DNA from: Eledone cirrhosa
Taxonomy: Eukaryota
DNA: 64,000 bases
Assembly (NCBI GenBank): GCA_964016885.1
Contig: OZ024743.1
Span: 345,712,001 to 345,776,000 of the forward strand
Reading direction: 5' to 3'
In this document: positions 1-12,930 of the stretch, piece after piece
Numbering within the stretch: the stretch's first letter is position 1
Layout of the letters: every line of letters starts with the position of its first letter
Made by a program: the position numbers and the translations under genes
The notes under the pieces: model-generated
What the model saw: the letters and a program-made list of their open reading frames with translations, nothing else
The model's database searches: none
What the model was told of the DNA's origin: nothing

Positions 1-116
1 CATTTATCCCTACCTCTAGCCACAAGCCCAAATGTATCCTATCCAACAGATATATACAAATACATACACACATTCACACACCGAAGACACACACATACAC
101 ACAAATACACACACAT

Positions 117-201
<85 letters not shown>

Positions 202-1133
202 CCTACATACATGCATAGTTACAGAAACACGGACATACATACAGATATCTACACAGACAAACATGTTCACACATACAAACATCTACACAGACTAACATGT
301 TCACACGTACATATATATATATATATATATATAGGGTTTATAACACATACACACACAGACAAACATGTTTTCACACACAGATGACCCATATACAGATACA
401 CACACACTCACACACATTTAGGCACACTCACGCATACACCAATATACACGCGTGCCTGCACAAGCATATGCATTCATATATATCAACATGCAAACACATC
501 TGCACACAGACATATGCACACATACACACACAGGTATACACAGAGATACACACACAATCATACACATACACTTATACACACATTGACACACACACATGCA
601 TACAAACACATACACTAACCAGTTAGTTGCTTTCGCTATTTACGGCCGAAGAATTGATGGATGTTATCCATTTATCAGAATTGAGGTGTGTATGTGTGTA
701 TGTGTGTAGGGGTGGGGGGTGAATGTGTGTGTACTACGAGTGTTGTTGTTGTTGTTGTTAGTGGTGGTAGGAAAGGCGATGTCCAGGCGGAGATATGTAT
801 GAGTGTATGTAGGGAAGATATGAGTAAAATGGACGAGGGTTTTCGTTTTGGGGCTTGTATGTAGTAGGGGTGTCATTAGGGAAGTGAGGTGGCAGGGGAA
901 TAGTGGAAAGATAGTAAGACAGAAAGAGAGAGATAGAGGGATAGAGAGAGAGAGAGAGAGGGGGGGGGGGCAGATAAAATTTCGAGTTCGAGTATGTTAG
1001 TGAGTGCAGGTAATAGATCGAGGGTGAACTATCGAACCTGAGAGTGTGAGGTAGTGGCTTTGTTGATGCTGAGTTTGCTAATTTTCATTTTACATCTTTA
1101 TATGTAACTCCTATATAAGATAACCCAAACACT

Positions 1134-1200
<67 letters not shown>

Positions 1201-1206
<6 letters not shown>

Positions 1207-1262
1207 ATAATAATAAATTTGAAGACTAAAATCCAAAGAGGGCTCGATAAGGATAAATATAT
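1201..1262. repeat. Short (TA)n-embedded dispersed repeat (also ~30878-30935, 41565-41615, 57100-57128, 60252-60280)
   Basis: ATAGTAATAATAATAAATTTGAAGACTAAAATCCAAAGAG recurs five times next to TA tracts. Confidence 0.8.
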
Positions 1263-1971
1263 ATCAAATATATAAGAACCGTAGAGCAAACAAAGTGCTC
1301 AACTAAACAAGCATTGGTGAAATTCTAAGTTTGAATTGTGTGCATCGCAAATGCAAATCTATATTATAAAAAGCACGCTTTCTCCGTCTGTCTGTCCGTC
1401 GCATTTACTGTAGAAGGAGTGAAAAGGGGAGGAAACCTCTTCTTGAAATTTGAGAGAAAAGTGAGATAACTTACGTCTTGCTTATAGTTTCTCGCAAGCT
1501 TAAGAATCTATAATGGTAAGAGTTTATAAGGAAGTGTTTTTTGCATTAGAAGCACAATTAAGCAGAATCTACAATGCCGCCATCTGCGCCATCTGGGAGT
1601 TACCGTGGTCTCTTACATTGCACTGCGTGCAACTTTTGGTGCATCTTCTCTGTAACAACTCAATATTTGTGTGTACAAAGAGGGCCGAATATTTCTCTAA
1701 CAAGGTTTACTTACTAGATTATTTCAGAACTATTATTTTAACTAAAAAAATAATAGTTCTGAAAATCGAGTAACAATGGAGACGAAAAATAAGTAGACAG
1801 GAACCCCAGTTAGGGGTTGTTAGCCACGAAGCTATAGAGCCCCTGGCAAGGAATTTCGTCTTTTTAGAAAATATATACCTTGTAGCTAGAAGTGAAAATA
1901 AAGTAGTAGACTTATGGAATGAAGCAGAATTTTTTAATTGAAATGTGTGCGTACCAACGCAATTGACCATA

Positions 1972-2136
1972 ATAATTGTTATTACTTTTAGGCACAAGGC
2001 CAGCAATTATCCCAGTGCATTACTGGTACTTTATTTTATCCACCCCATAAGGATGAATGGCAAAGTTAACATCAGCCGTAACTCTATGCTGCAAAGCATG
2101 GCATCCGACCCTTTACCGATATTGCCAATTCACCGA
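1972..2136 (-). mobile_element. Same SINE, internally deleted
   Basis: Reverse complement of core and tail. Confidence 0.8.
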
Positions 2137-2842
2137 GTTGAGAATATAATGTAAAGTAACTCTAAAACATTTGGTGAATCGAAACCTACCTCTCGCCTAC
2201 AACTAACAAGTCACAACGCTTCTAGCTACAGGTTTTAAATCCTTTACAAAGACAGATTTAGAGGCAAGTCGCTCTCAGGCGCAGAAACCGTACACACGCG
2301 TACACACGCGTACTCATATAATATGGAAAATTGAGAATAAAACAGGCTGCTTCCTTTGACTTATGGATACAACTCATTTTTTCCAGCTGTGCTAATTAGA
2401 GCAACATGATATAAAGAATAGAGTTCAAGGATACAATGCGCTGCTCGGATTAGAAACCATAACTTGACGATCGCCTGCAGAACACTATACTTACTAAGCC
2501 ATAATATGTATGGTGTTGCTCCTGGCATTGAGGATGGTATTACTGAATAGGGGTAGTATTGTCTGTGGTTGTCTACGATAGGAGGGAGGTTAAATAGGTA
2601 ACGATTGTTCTGTTGCGCCCCAGGAGATTTTTTTATTTTCAGTTTGTGAAGCTTGTGAAATATTCGTGTTGGTGGTGGCGGAATAATCAGTGTGGTGTTT
2701 GTATGATTTAGTTCTTAACGTCTGAAGTTAATGATGACGAGATGATTGTTGTTATGATACTGACAATGATGATGATGACTATCATGACGACGATAATGAT
2801 GACGACACCTAGCAAGACGATACCTATAACGTTTTTAAAATA

Positions 2843-3030
2843 TAATTGTTTCTTCTTTTGGCACAAATGCCAGCAATTTTCCCAGTGCATTACTGGTACT
2901 TTATTTTATCGACCCCGTAAGGATGAAAGGCAAAGTTAACCTTGGCGGGATTTGAACTCAGAATAGAAAGGGCCGTAACTCTATGCGTCAAAGCATGGCA
3001 TCCGACCCTCTACCGATACTGCCAATCAAT
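2843..3030 (-). mobile_element. Same SINE
   Basis: Near-full reverse complement copy. Confidence 0.88.
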
Positions 3031-4021
3031 GTTAAAATATAATAATAGTTATATTATGTTTGTAGTTTTCAATATGGTTTGTATTCATTCTGACGAAGGT
3101 TTCCATATTCGTGTTCGTGCAAGTAATACCGTTCAGGCAGCTTGTCAATGAAAAATAGCTCTGGCTGTTATAGTGATGGTGTTGTTGTTGATGCTGGTTA
3201 CAGTGCCGGGGCATTTGCCGTTGGCGGATGTTTTGGCGCTATAAGCTGACCGTAGTATTTCATCTCACTTTTCCAAAGACCAGTACCTTGCAGGAATATT
3301 ATATAAATTATTATTTCTGGTTTGTCGGTAGACAAAATAGATAGATAGACAGATAGAGATAGAGATAGATAGATAGATACAGAGATAGATAGAGAGAGAG
3401 AGCGATAAAGAGAGAGAGGACGTGAGAGTTGGAGAGGGAGAGACAGACAAATATATAGATAAGATAGATAACTGAATAAATAGATAGATATATAGATATA
3501 TAGATAGATAAATAGAGAGATAGATATAAAATACGGCTATTTGTTTTCTTTCGTTACACTAGCTTGTTTTGTCTTGTAACAGTTTCTTCTTCTTCTTCTT
3601 CTTCTTCTTCTTCTTCTTCTTCTTCTTCTTCTTCTTCTTCTTCTTCTTCTTCTTCTTCTTCTTCTTCTTCTTCTTCTTCTTCTTCAGCGTTATAAGAGAG
3701 TTAGGTTCAATCTAGATAGTCCCCCGTTCTTCATCATATCGATCGAGTGAGGTGAGAGAAAGACAAGTGATGTGATTAAAATGAAAGAATAAAGAGAAAA
3801 ACATACAGTTACTGGCGAGATGGAGAAATAGAAAAAAAGCGACAATAAAGAAAACTAGCAGAAGATAGTGGGGAGATGTTCGGTAGATAGGGAGAGAGAA
3901 CGAGATAGAATGTGATAAAAGAGCGAAAGACGAAGCAATTATATGTGCGTATTTAAATATATATATATATATATATATGTATGTATATATACATGTGTGT
4001 ATGTGTGTGTGTGTGTGTGTA

Positions 4022-4074
<53 letters not shown>

Positions 4075-4152
4075 TCATGTGTATTTGATATACATGATTG
4101 TGTATAAACATATTTTTCTGTTTGCATACGCTTTCGACTGTCACTCTCTCTC

Positions 4153-4266
<114 letters not shown>

Positions 4267-4316
4267 GTATAAATATATGTATATGTATATATATATATGT
4301 ATATATATATGTATAA

Positions 4317-4364
<48 letters not shown>

Positions 4365-6176
4365 TTCATTCATAGACTTACATCTATATATACACGCACA
4401 TATATATATATACATACATGCATACATACAAAACTGATAGAGTGAGAGAGAATAAATGTGTGTGGGGGATGTGAATTGGAATAAGAAATCAGATGAAATT
4501 GTCAAGTTGACCAATATATTATTATTACACCTGGAACAACTAAAGCTGTAACTCTTTTGTTTCCAGAGGAAGAAATGTTATAGGGCAGCCATGTTTGGGC
4601 GAAGTCATTAGAGAAACCGATATTTCTTTTGACTGGCACCAATGTAAACAGGCGGAACAATCTTGGCTTGGCAGCTTCGTATATTAATGAAAAATTATTG
4701 TTTCTTGTGGCTGGGCAGTGGTGTTAATGGTTGTGGTAGTGTGGTGGCTGTAGTGGAAATGCTTTTTGTGCTAGTGGGGTGGTTGTGGTTGTGTCAGTTG
4801 TGGTAATATTGTTAGCTGTGGTAGTGATGCTTGTTGTGGTGGCAGTCGTGATAGTAGTGATAGTCATAATGATAGCGATGTTGATACGAGATGGGAGAGA
4901 TATGGGGTGATTTTGAAAGAGTGGTGATGCTTGTGTCGGCAGAGTTGCTATTGGTTATAGTGCTGTGATTGGTTCTGATAGTGATTGTGGTAGTATTGTT
5001 TGTGGCTGTAGATGTGGTAGTCCTGATGGAATTAGTTGTTGCAGTAATAGTTGTAGTGCTAGTTTCATTTACCATTTTCAGAGCTGGAGTTCGATTTGGG
5101 GGATTTTGTAGGAAGTGTTGAGAATTACCCGGAGAAAGGCAGAGGTGTTTCTATGAGGCTGTTATAGTATGGATAGAAGTGTTGGCCATAGCGATAGTAG
5201 TGGTAGTCTGTTGTTGTTGTTGGTGGTGGTTTGAAGGGTGTTGGGTTAGCTCTTATTCGAACATAGTGCACGATGACAACTGGACTGTGAGGTATGGTGT
5301 AAAATAGTTGTAGAAGTGATATGAGATATGGCAAATTGTAGCGGTTACGGCTAGTTCACGAGGATTGCTTATGTGGAGAGATTGAAGGTTCAAGTTGACC
5401 CTAGTTTGGGGGATGGTGTGTAAAGATTAACTATTCGAGAATTTAATCAAGATTGCAGGAGAAATAAATAATGGGTTCCTGTATTACAGAAACTTGAATT
5501 GCATTTAGATGGATTGAATATATTGTGACGATGATGAGAGCAGTGGTACTGGTGTTGGGGAAGGTGCAAGGCTTATTGCTTAGGATGTTCGACTCACAAT
5601 CTTATCATGAGTTCGATTCACATAGATGAGTTGTGCCCGCGAGCAAAATAATTTATTCACGTTGCTCCGGTTTAAAATGAGTTGTATTTGTAATTTAAAG
5701 TGGAGGCCTTGTTTCACAGCGTCATACTGAACCTTCCTGAAAAATACATTAATGGTACACGTATCTGTTGTATGGTCAGCAACTTGCACGTCAATTTCAC
5801 GAGGAGATAGTTCCATTGATAGAAAAACTGGAATGCTAGTCATCAATACCGACGGAGTTCCAACCCATACACACTTATATTGTTGGTATTACTGCGGTTG
5901 TAATGAAAATGTTATTGATAGTGTTCATCGTGGGATACGTCATTTCTGTAATCGGAGTTGTTGGTCGTTGCAATAGTAGGGACAGTAAGATTTTGCGTTC
6001 TTTTTTTTTTTTTCGTTTTGCTGTTGGCATGCGTTGTCGTCTCATTGATAATGGAATCGTCATTCTAGCTATAATTCTTTTGCTCCAGATAAGGTCTCAT
6101 TGAATGGACGCATCAGGAAATATAATCCAGATATGCACAAAAAATGTATTCCTATATCCTGGATCATAATTTCAAA

Positions 6177-6306
6177 TAATTGTGTCTACTTTTTGGCACA
6201 AGGCCAGCAATTATCAGTTTATTACTGGTACTTTTATTTTATCGACCCTGTAAGGATGAAAGGCAAAGTTAACATCGGAGGGATTTGAACTCAGAATGGC
6301 AAGGGA
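6177..6306 (-). mobile_element. Same SINE, 5'-truncated
   Basis: B box, core and tail present. Confidence 0.82.
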
Positions 6307-6493
6307 GCATACTTTCAAATAATATTACGCAGTATCTGTAACAGAGTAAATCTATACAATATATGGTTGGCATTAAATTATTAATATTTGCTGTAGGGTT
6401 GAGCACTCAATATTGTGTTCAACAACACTAAATAGATATGCAGATAAGTATATATGTATGCATGTATGTATTTATGTATGTATGTATGTATGC

Positions 6494-6862
<369 letters not shown>

Positions 6863-6917
6863 GTGTGTGTATATAAATATATATATATTTATATATATAT
6901 ATATGTATATGTATGTG

Positions 6918-6996
<79 letters not shown>

Positions 6997-7818
6997 ACGC
7001 ATACGCACACACAAAAATATATATTTATATTATTTATATATATTTATATATAAAATGATAATAATAATAACTGACAAATACGGAGATACACAATAATAAC
7101 TGACAAATACGGAGATACACAATGTTACTAAATTCACGCTTTGGATGAGAAAGAGAATACATTCAACGTATCGGTCGCTAGTCATTCATCAGGAGATTTC
7201 AATAGTAGATTGATTAGAAAAACAAAATCAAAACAAAAACACAGAAAATGTGCCACATATGAGTGTGTATGTGTTGTGTTTAATTTTTTCTGTGTATCAT
7301 TCGTATATATTGCTGGAATGCCCTATACATTGTTCGTGATTGTGTCTAAGTGTGTCTCGCTGCTAGCATGTGTAATGTGCATATTGATATTATACGCAAG
7401 TATATATGCATGTAGATATGATACATCAAATTATATCGTAATTGACAATATACACAGAAATTGAACGAAGACGGCGTTTTATGTAATCATGACAACGTAA
7501 TCCATGATACATTAAAAAAAGACGATAATATATATAAAATGTATTTGGAGAAAATTAGTGACGGAAATATATGAATGTTTATTTAAGCGATCTCTAACCG
7601 GAAATGCTGACATTTGAAAATTTTAAAGAAGTAAATCTTTAAATAAGTAATAATATATATTTAATGAACAGCCACGAAATTTAGTAGATAAATTATGTAA
7701 TATTCATTCATTATTTATTCAAAGTAATCCAACATATTTTACAAACGGGATAAAAAAATGTATTCTGGATGCAGTCCCGCACTCATTACTTTATTATAGT
7801 TTAGATATGTAATCTTAG

Positions 7819-8007
7819 GGCGGTAAATTGGCAATATCGGTAGAGAGTCGGACGCCATGCTTTGCAGCATAGAGTTACGTTCCTTTTCGGTCTGAGTTCA
7901 AATCCCGTCGAGGTTAACTTTGCCTTTCATCCTTACGGGGTCGATATAATAAAGTACCAGTAATGCACTGGGATAATTCCTGGCCTTGTGCCAAAAGTAG
8001 AAACAAT

Positions 8008-8010
<3 letters not shown>
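7819..8010 (+). mobile_element. tRNA-derived SINE with Nin/Deu-type core
   Basis: GGCGG..TTGGCA head, B box GAGTTCAAATCCC, core TTTGCCTTTCATCCTTACGGGGTCGATA.AATAAAGTACCAG, tail TTGTGCCAAAAGTAGAAACAATTAT. Confidence 0.88.
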
Positions 8011-8043
<33 letters not shown>

Positions 8044-8103
8044 GCTTGTCTGCGTATGTGTCAAATATAAAATAAATTATTAGTGACAAATATGTATCTA
8101 TCA

Positions 8104-8161
<58 letters not shown>

Positions 8162-8448
8162 CCTTCATGTATTTATTTGTAGGTATGTGTGTGCGCTTGT
8201 TATATACGTATTTATTTACTTATATACGTTTATATAATTATTTATTTATTTGTACACAAGCATACACACATACACATATTTATATGTGCGTGGTTTTGTA
8301 TACCTATGGTAAGGTTTTGCGTATGCTTGTGTATGTACGTATCTGTTTGCGTGTATGTATTTATTTGATCCTATTACTTCTGTATTGTATTTATTTACTT
8401 TGTTCTTAACTCTGTAGCGGAGATTCATTCGGTCTCCTAGTTAGAATT

Positions 8449-8717
8449 TTAGTCTACGACTTCTGCTATACCATTTACGTGGTTTTGTCTTTGCGTGCTA
8501 TTGTTCTCCACGCTCCACATATGACTTATTATCTTCGTTTTTTCGTTCATTGCCAGAGAACGTCTCTATGCACCACCTAAGAGAACATTAGTCTACGACC
8601 TCTTTTATACCATAAACGTGGTTCTGTCCTTGCACGTAATTGTTTTTCACCGCTCCTATTAATGACGTATTATTCGTTTTTTCCCGTTCTTTGCCAGCGA
8701 ACGTCACCATGAACCAA
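8449..8717. repeat. Diverged 139-bp tandem duplication
   Basis: TTAGTCTACGAC..ATACCAT..ACGTGGTT..TTGCCAG.GAACGTC at 8449 and 8588. Confidence 0.8.
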
Positions 8718-8794
8718 AGTATCGTCTTCCTGTCTTCCTCCGGTTGCAACGTTTTTTGAAATATCCAGTTCTGCGTTTACAGATTGACTTTGTT

Positions 8795-8845
8795 AGTTTC
8801 AGAAGATCCCGTTAAGGGTGAAAGCAGCGATTCTTTGCTTAAACT
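8795..8845 (+). ncRNA. Hammerhead-like motif with atypical core (CAGAAGA)
   Basis: AGTTT-CAGAAGA-TCCCGTTAAGGGT-GAA-AGCA..TGCT-T-AAACT. The motif repeats at 52783-52833, with a partial minus copy at ~57040-57097. Confidence 0.4.
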
Positions 8846-8881
8846 TTAATCTGTTATTTTAATAAATATATATATAAATAT

Positions 8882-8962
<81 letters not shown>

Positions 8963-8984
8963 AACTATGTGTGTGAGAGAGAAA

Positions 8985-9113
8985 CAACAAATTAGCAAAA
9001 CTTACTCGAGGACGCGCGTTTCACCCAACGGATTCTCAACTCGAGTGAGGTTGTACAGCACAACTTCACTTGGGTGAAACGCGCGTCCTCGAATATGATT
9101 TGCTAACTTGTTA
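8985..9113. repeat. Fold-back inverted repeat (~43-bp arms)
   Basis: AACAAATTAGCAAA..TCGAGGACGCGCGTTTCACCCAA versus TTGGGTGAAACGCGCGTCCTCGA..TTTGCTAACTTGTT. Confidence 0.9.
9004..9046 (-). ncRNA. Type I hammerhead ribozyme, U3-A8 core variant
   Basis: Minus strand ACTCGAG-TTGAGAA-TCCGTTGGGT-GAAA-CGCGCG-TC-CTCGAGT: 7-bp stem I, palindromic stem III ACGCGCGT, GUC site. Confidence 0.75.
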
Positions 9114-9336
9114 CATAACTAACTCCATAACGAACTCGTCTCATGGATTCAGTGCTCTACCAACTTCAGATATAACCACCCTGTGTTTTACCTATATATA
9201 TATATATATATATATATTATAAAATAACAGGAAGATGGACTGGTGTAAATTCTTGAAAGGTTTATTATACTATGATCATTTCAATGACCGGGTTCAGTGT
9301 GAATCCGGTGACATCACAAGTAATTCAAAATATAAC

Positions 9337-9522
9337 TGTTTCTACCTTAGGCACAAGGCCAGCAAATAACCAGTGCATTGCTGGTACTTTATTTTATCGA
9401 TCCCGTAAGGATGAAAGGCAAAGTCAACCTCGGCGTGATTTGAACTCAGATCGTAAAGGGACGTAACTATGCTGGAAAGCATGGTGTCTAACCCTCTACC
9501 GATACTGCCAATCCACCGCCGT
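9337..9522 (-). mobile_element. Same SINE, full length with a 20-bp target-site duplication
   Basis: CAAGTAATTCAAAATATAAC at 9317-9336 and 9523-9542. Confidence 0.92.
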
Positions 9523-10072
9523 CAAGTAATTCAAAATATAACAAAGTTACATAACAGATAAAATCCATCGGTCTGAAAATCAGAGACAAGAGGGTGACCG
9601 ACTATATAGTAGCTTCTACTTCTGTCGGCCGCCCTCAAGTGTTGATTATTAAGTCTACTTATGACCATCTGGTGAGGGGGTGCACGCTTATAGTGTGCTA
9701 CTATCACCCCGTTAAAGGGAAATGTCAGCGTTGAGGTCATGCCACATTCAGGCTGATCATGCGTGCTCGAAATTGCCGCGAAAAATGTTTTTTCCAAAGA
9801 ACAAATATCTTCAACAAAGACATATATAGAGAGTAAAAAAGAGAGAGAGAGAGTGTGTGTGAATGAGAGAGGGAGACAGAGAGTGACAGAGAGAGAGTAA
9901 AAGAGAGAGAGAGAGTGTCTGTGAATGAAATAGAGAGTGAGATTGACAGAGAGAGTATGTAAGTGATAGAGACAGAAAGTGACAGTTTACAGAAGGAGGC
10001 TTCTATGAAAAAATTTAAGATAGTCACGATAGATTTTCAGGTTAGGATATAGAGTAAAGATTAAGCCCTTGC

Positions 10073-10625
10073 TTAGCGGTCAATAACCAGCGACGACTGC
10101 GGACCCCTCGCCACCTACGTGCCAGACGTTCCGAGTAATATCGTCTAGCGAAAGGAATTGAAATTAATTTTTTCCGAGCACTCCAGGAATGTAACTGTCT
10201 TAGGCGTCGGGTGTATTAGCGGGAAATCCCCCACCGCCGACTGGCCATCAAACGGTTACTAGTAACTCACACATGAGGTGGATTTATCTAAGTGCTAGTA
10301 CGAGTAGGCAAGATACAGCTAATAGTTATAATTAAGCCTAGAAATTAAAGGTACTTTTTAGCGGTCAATGCCGGCGGCGCGGCGAGTACCAAGCCCGACA
10401 GGGCTCCGAGCCAAACCAGCCGTTCCGAGTAATTGCGTTTACCGAAGGAAGGGGAAATTTATTTTTCCATGCACTCAAGGAAGGCTGAACTGCCCGAGCG
10501 CCTGGCGTGCAATCTTGAACGCCGCCACATCCGTCGGATCATCGCGTGTTACCACACGATTATTATTTATTCACACCCGTGATGTGAGGTTGAAAGTGGT
10601 AAAACACGACGAAATGGGCTAATAG
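10073..10625 (+). other. Tandem pair of diverged ~260-nt GC-rich structured elements (10073-10325, 10358-10625), function unknown
   Basis: Shared blocks TTAGCGGTCAAT, CCAG.CGTTCCGAGTAAT, GCACTC.AGGAA, TCACAC..TGAGGT and GCTAATAG occur in the same order, with complementary stems kept despite sequence change. Confidence 0.6.
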
Positions 10626-11139
10626 ACTATATTTAGTCCCCATTTAGTCAGGGTTATATGTAGTGTGGTTCTTGGGTGGGTACGGGGAGTGGATAAAGAT
10701 AAACAGATATAATGGTACAGAGAGTAATATTCTAGGGCCGTGTGCTAATGAGCACAATGATAAGTATATAATGAGAGTAGAGCGAGTAGGTAAATACATA
10801 AATAAAAGGAAAAATAAGCATAAAAAGCAAAATACATAAATAAAATGCAATCATAACTAGGGTGGTGATGCATGGAGTAAAACGGAATTATATAAGAACA
10901 TATGAAGAAATCAAAACACAGGGGAAATACAAGATAGATCACGGGGCAGTTGGATAATACAAGGTAATACCTATAGATATAGAGGATGTAAGAGATGGAA
11001 TGGTATCAGGTGATACCTAGTGTATGTTCGAGTCTTAATATTCAATGGGGATCCCTATCCAGTGGTGAACCACACAAACCTAAATAAAATATAATATATA
11101 TATATATCTATGTATGTGTGTGTGTGTTTGTGTGTGTGC

Positions 11140-11224
<85 letters not shown>

Positions 11225-11517
11225 TGCGTGTGTGTGTGCGTGTGTATGTGTTTGTGTGTGTGTATGTATGTTTTTTCCTCCCCATTTTCTTTCCTCATTA
11301 TCCCCGCTCCTTCCTCTCATCACTCTTTACTTTCTGTTTATCTCCTATTTCTGACTATTTTCTGATGAAGGACCGAAATATTAAGATTTTCTTCTTGCTA
11401 TTTTAAGATTTAAACTAATATATATCTGCCAGGTACTGTGCCGTTTGTTTTGTTATTTTTGTTATTGATTTTACACACACACACACACACACACATACAC
11501 ACACACACAGATATGTA

Positions 11518-11550
<33 letters not shown>

Positions 11551-11555
<5 letters not shown>

Positions 11556-11662
11556 AACGAGTAGGATCCTACTCGTTCCTATTACCCACTCTACTACCCT
11601 AAGTATTGAGTACTTTGGTGCGTTATCGTCCACCTGGTTCCTTACCACATTTCCTCCGTTAT
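11551..11662 (+). mobile_element. Short (TA)n-embedded element family with a 5' fold-back (also 16940-17135, 24692-24835, 25886-26035, 37273-37515 minus, 39470-39565, 58908-59015)
   Basis: Shared body CCTATTACCCACTCTACTACCCTAAGTATTGAGTACT.TGGTGCGTTAT.GTCCACCTGGTTCC.TACCACA; every copy abuts TA repeats. Confidence 0.85.
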
Positions 11663-12128
11663 ATATATATATATATATATATGCATACGCACAATAAAAT
11701 TAAAAATTATATCTGTGTCTGTCAGGCTTCATTCGGGTGTCTTTCAGGCTACATTCGGGAAAAATAAGCGTTTCACTTAAATATTAAAGTAAATAAAACG
11801 TCAAATCAGATATGTCGTTCTAAATGTGTATCGTTCTCCGATTAGGAAAGAAATATTACCATTTAATTATAAGCGATTTGCTACATTCCGCGTTTATGTA
11901 TCACCAAGAGCCGATAAAAAAGATAAATTTTATTCGAAGGTTTCAAAGAAGGCGCTGTGATGAGCTATATCCGCATGCCTCTGCTTATTACTGGTTCATA
12001 TCCCGACTTTGCTTAATCAAATTTTTTTTTTAATATAAACCTCGTTGTATGGAATTAAATAAAACACAGATTGAAATATGTTTTCAATTTTCACAAAACA
12101 CACACACGCACACACACACACCCACCCC

Positions 12129-12179
<51 letters not shown>

Positions 12180-12224
12180 TTGAAGAAAACATCCCAGTGA
12201 GCAATATTATATATATATATATAC

Positions 12225-12309
<85 letters not shown>

Positions 12310-12364
12310 CGTGTATGTGCGTGTGTGTATATAGATAAATATATATCATATATATAAAAATATA

Positions 12365-12435
<71 letters not shown>

Positions 12436-12576
12436 TTATATATATGCATATATATTTTATATTCATCTTTTCTACATTTTCTCCGGAATATAATTTATAC
12501 TCGTTGGGCAAACCTACACGTACGATGTTCATCTCTAACGTAACGATATATTATCACTACATTATTGATAACCTGA

Positions 12577-12628
<52 letters not shown>

Positions 12629-12704
12629 ATATATATAAATATATATATATGTATTTATATATATTTAAGAGGATGTTTGAGTTTGCCTGAAGCATTGTGG
12701 AATG

Positions 12705-12736
<32 letters not shown>

Positions 12737-12761
12737 ATATATATATATCTATCTATCTATC

Positions 12762-12930
12762 TAAGGCGGGTAAAATTCCCGAGATCCATGGACGAGTTCT
12801 CTCCAGCGGTCTCTGTCCCTCATTATCGCTGCCATATCCTGCATCTCCAACAGACCAGTGTCTGTCCTTAGGGCATCAACATATGTTAACCTTGGTCTTC
12901 CTCTTCTAGTGTGTCCATGTAGGAGCTCCC
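12762..12930 (-). mobile_element. 3' end of an RTE-like LINE ORF
   Basis: HGHTRRGRPRLTYVDALRTDTGL..MAAIMRDRDRWRELV..* followed by a short (TAGA)n tail. Confidence 0.8.

Noticed and set aside
7819-7910. A/B boxes considered as tRNA genes
   Set aside because: They are SINE heads followed by the SINE core and tail; no complete cloverleaf.
10618-10640. GCTAA and AGACTA..TAGTCC suggesting an HDV-like ribozyme or group I intron P7
   Set aside because: No consistent P1/P1.1/P3 or P3-P7 arrangement in both units; GCTAA is better explained by pairing with TTAGC.
11357-11392. CTGATGA-AGGACC-GAAA-TATTA hammerhead-like string
   Set aside because: Stem II and stem I cannot form convincingly.
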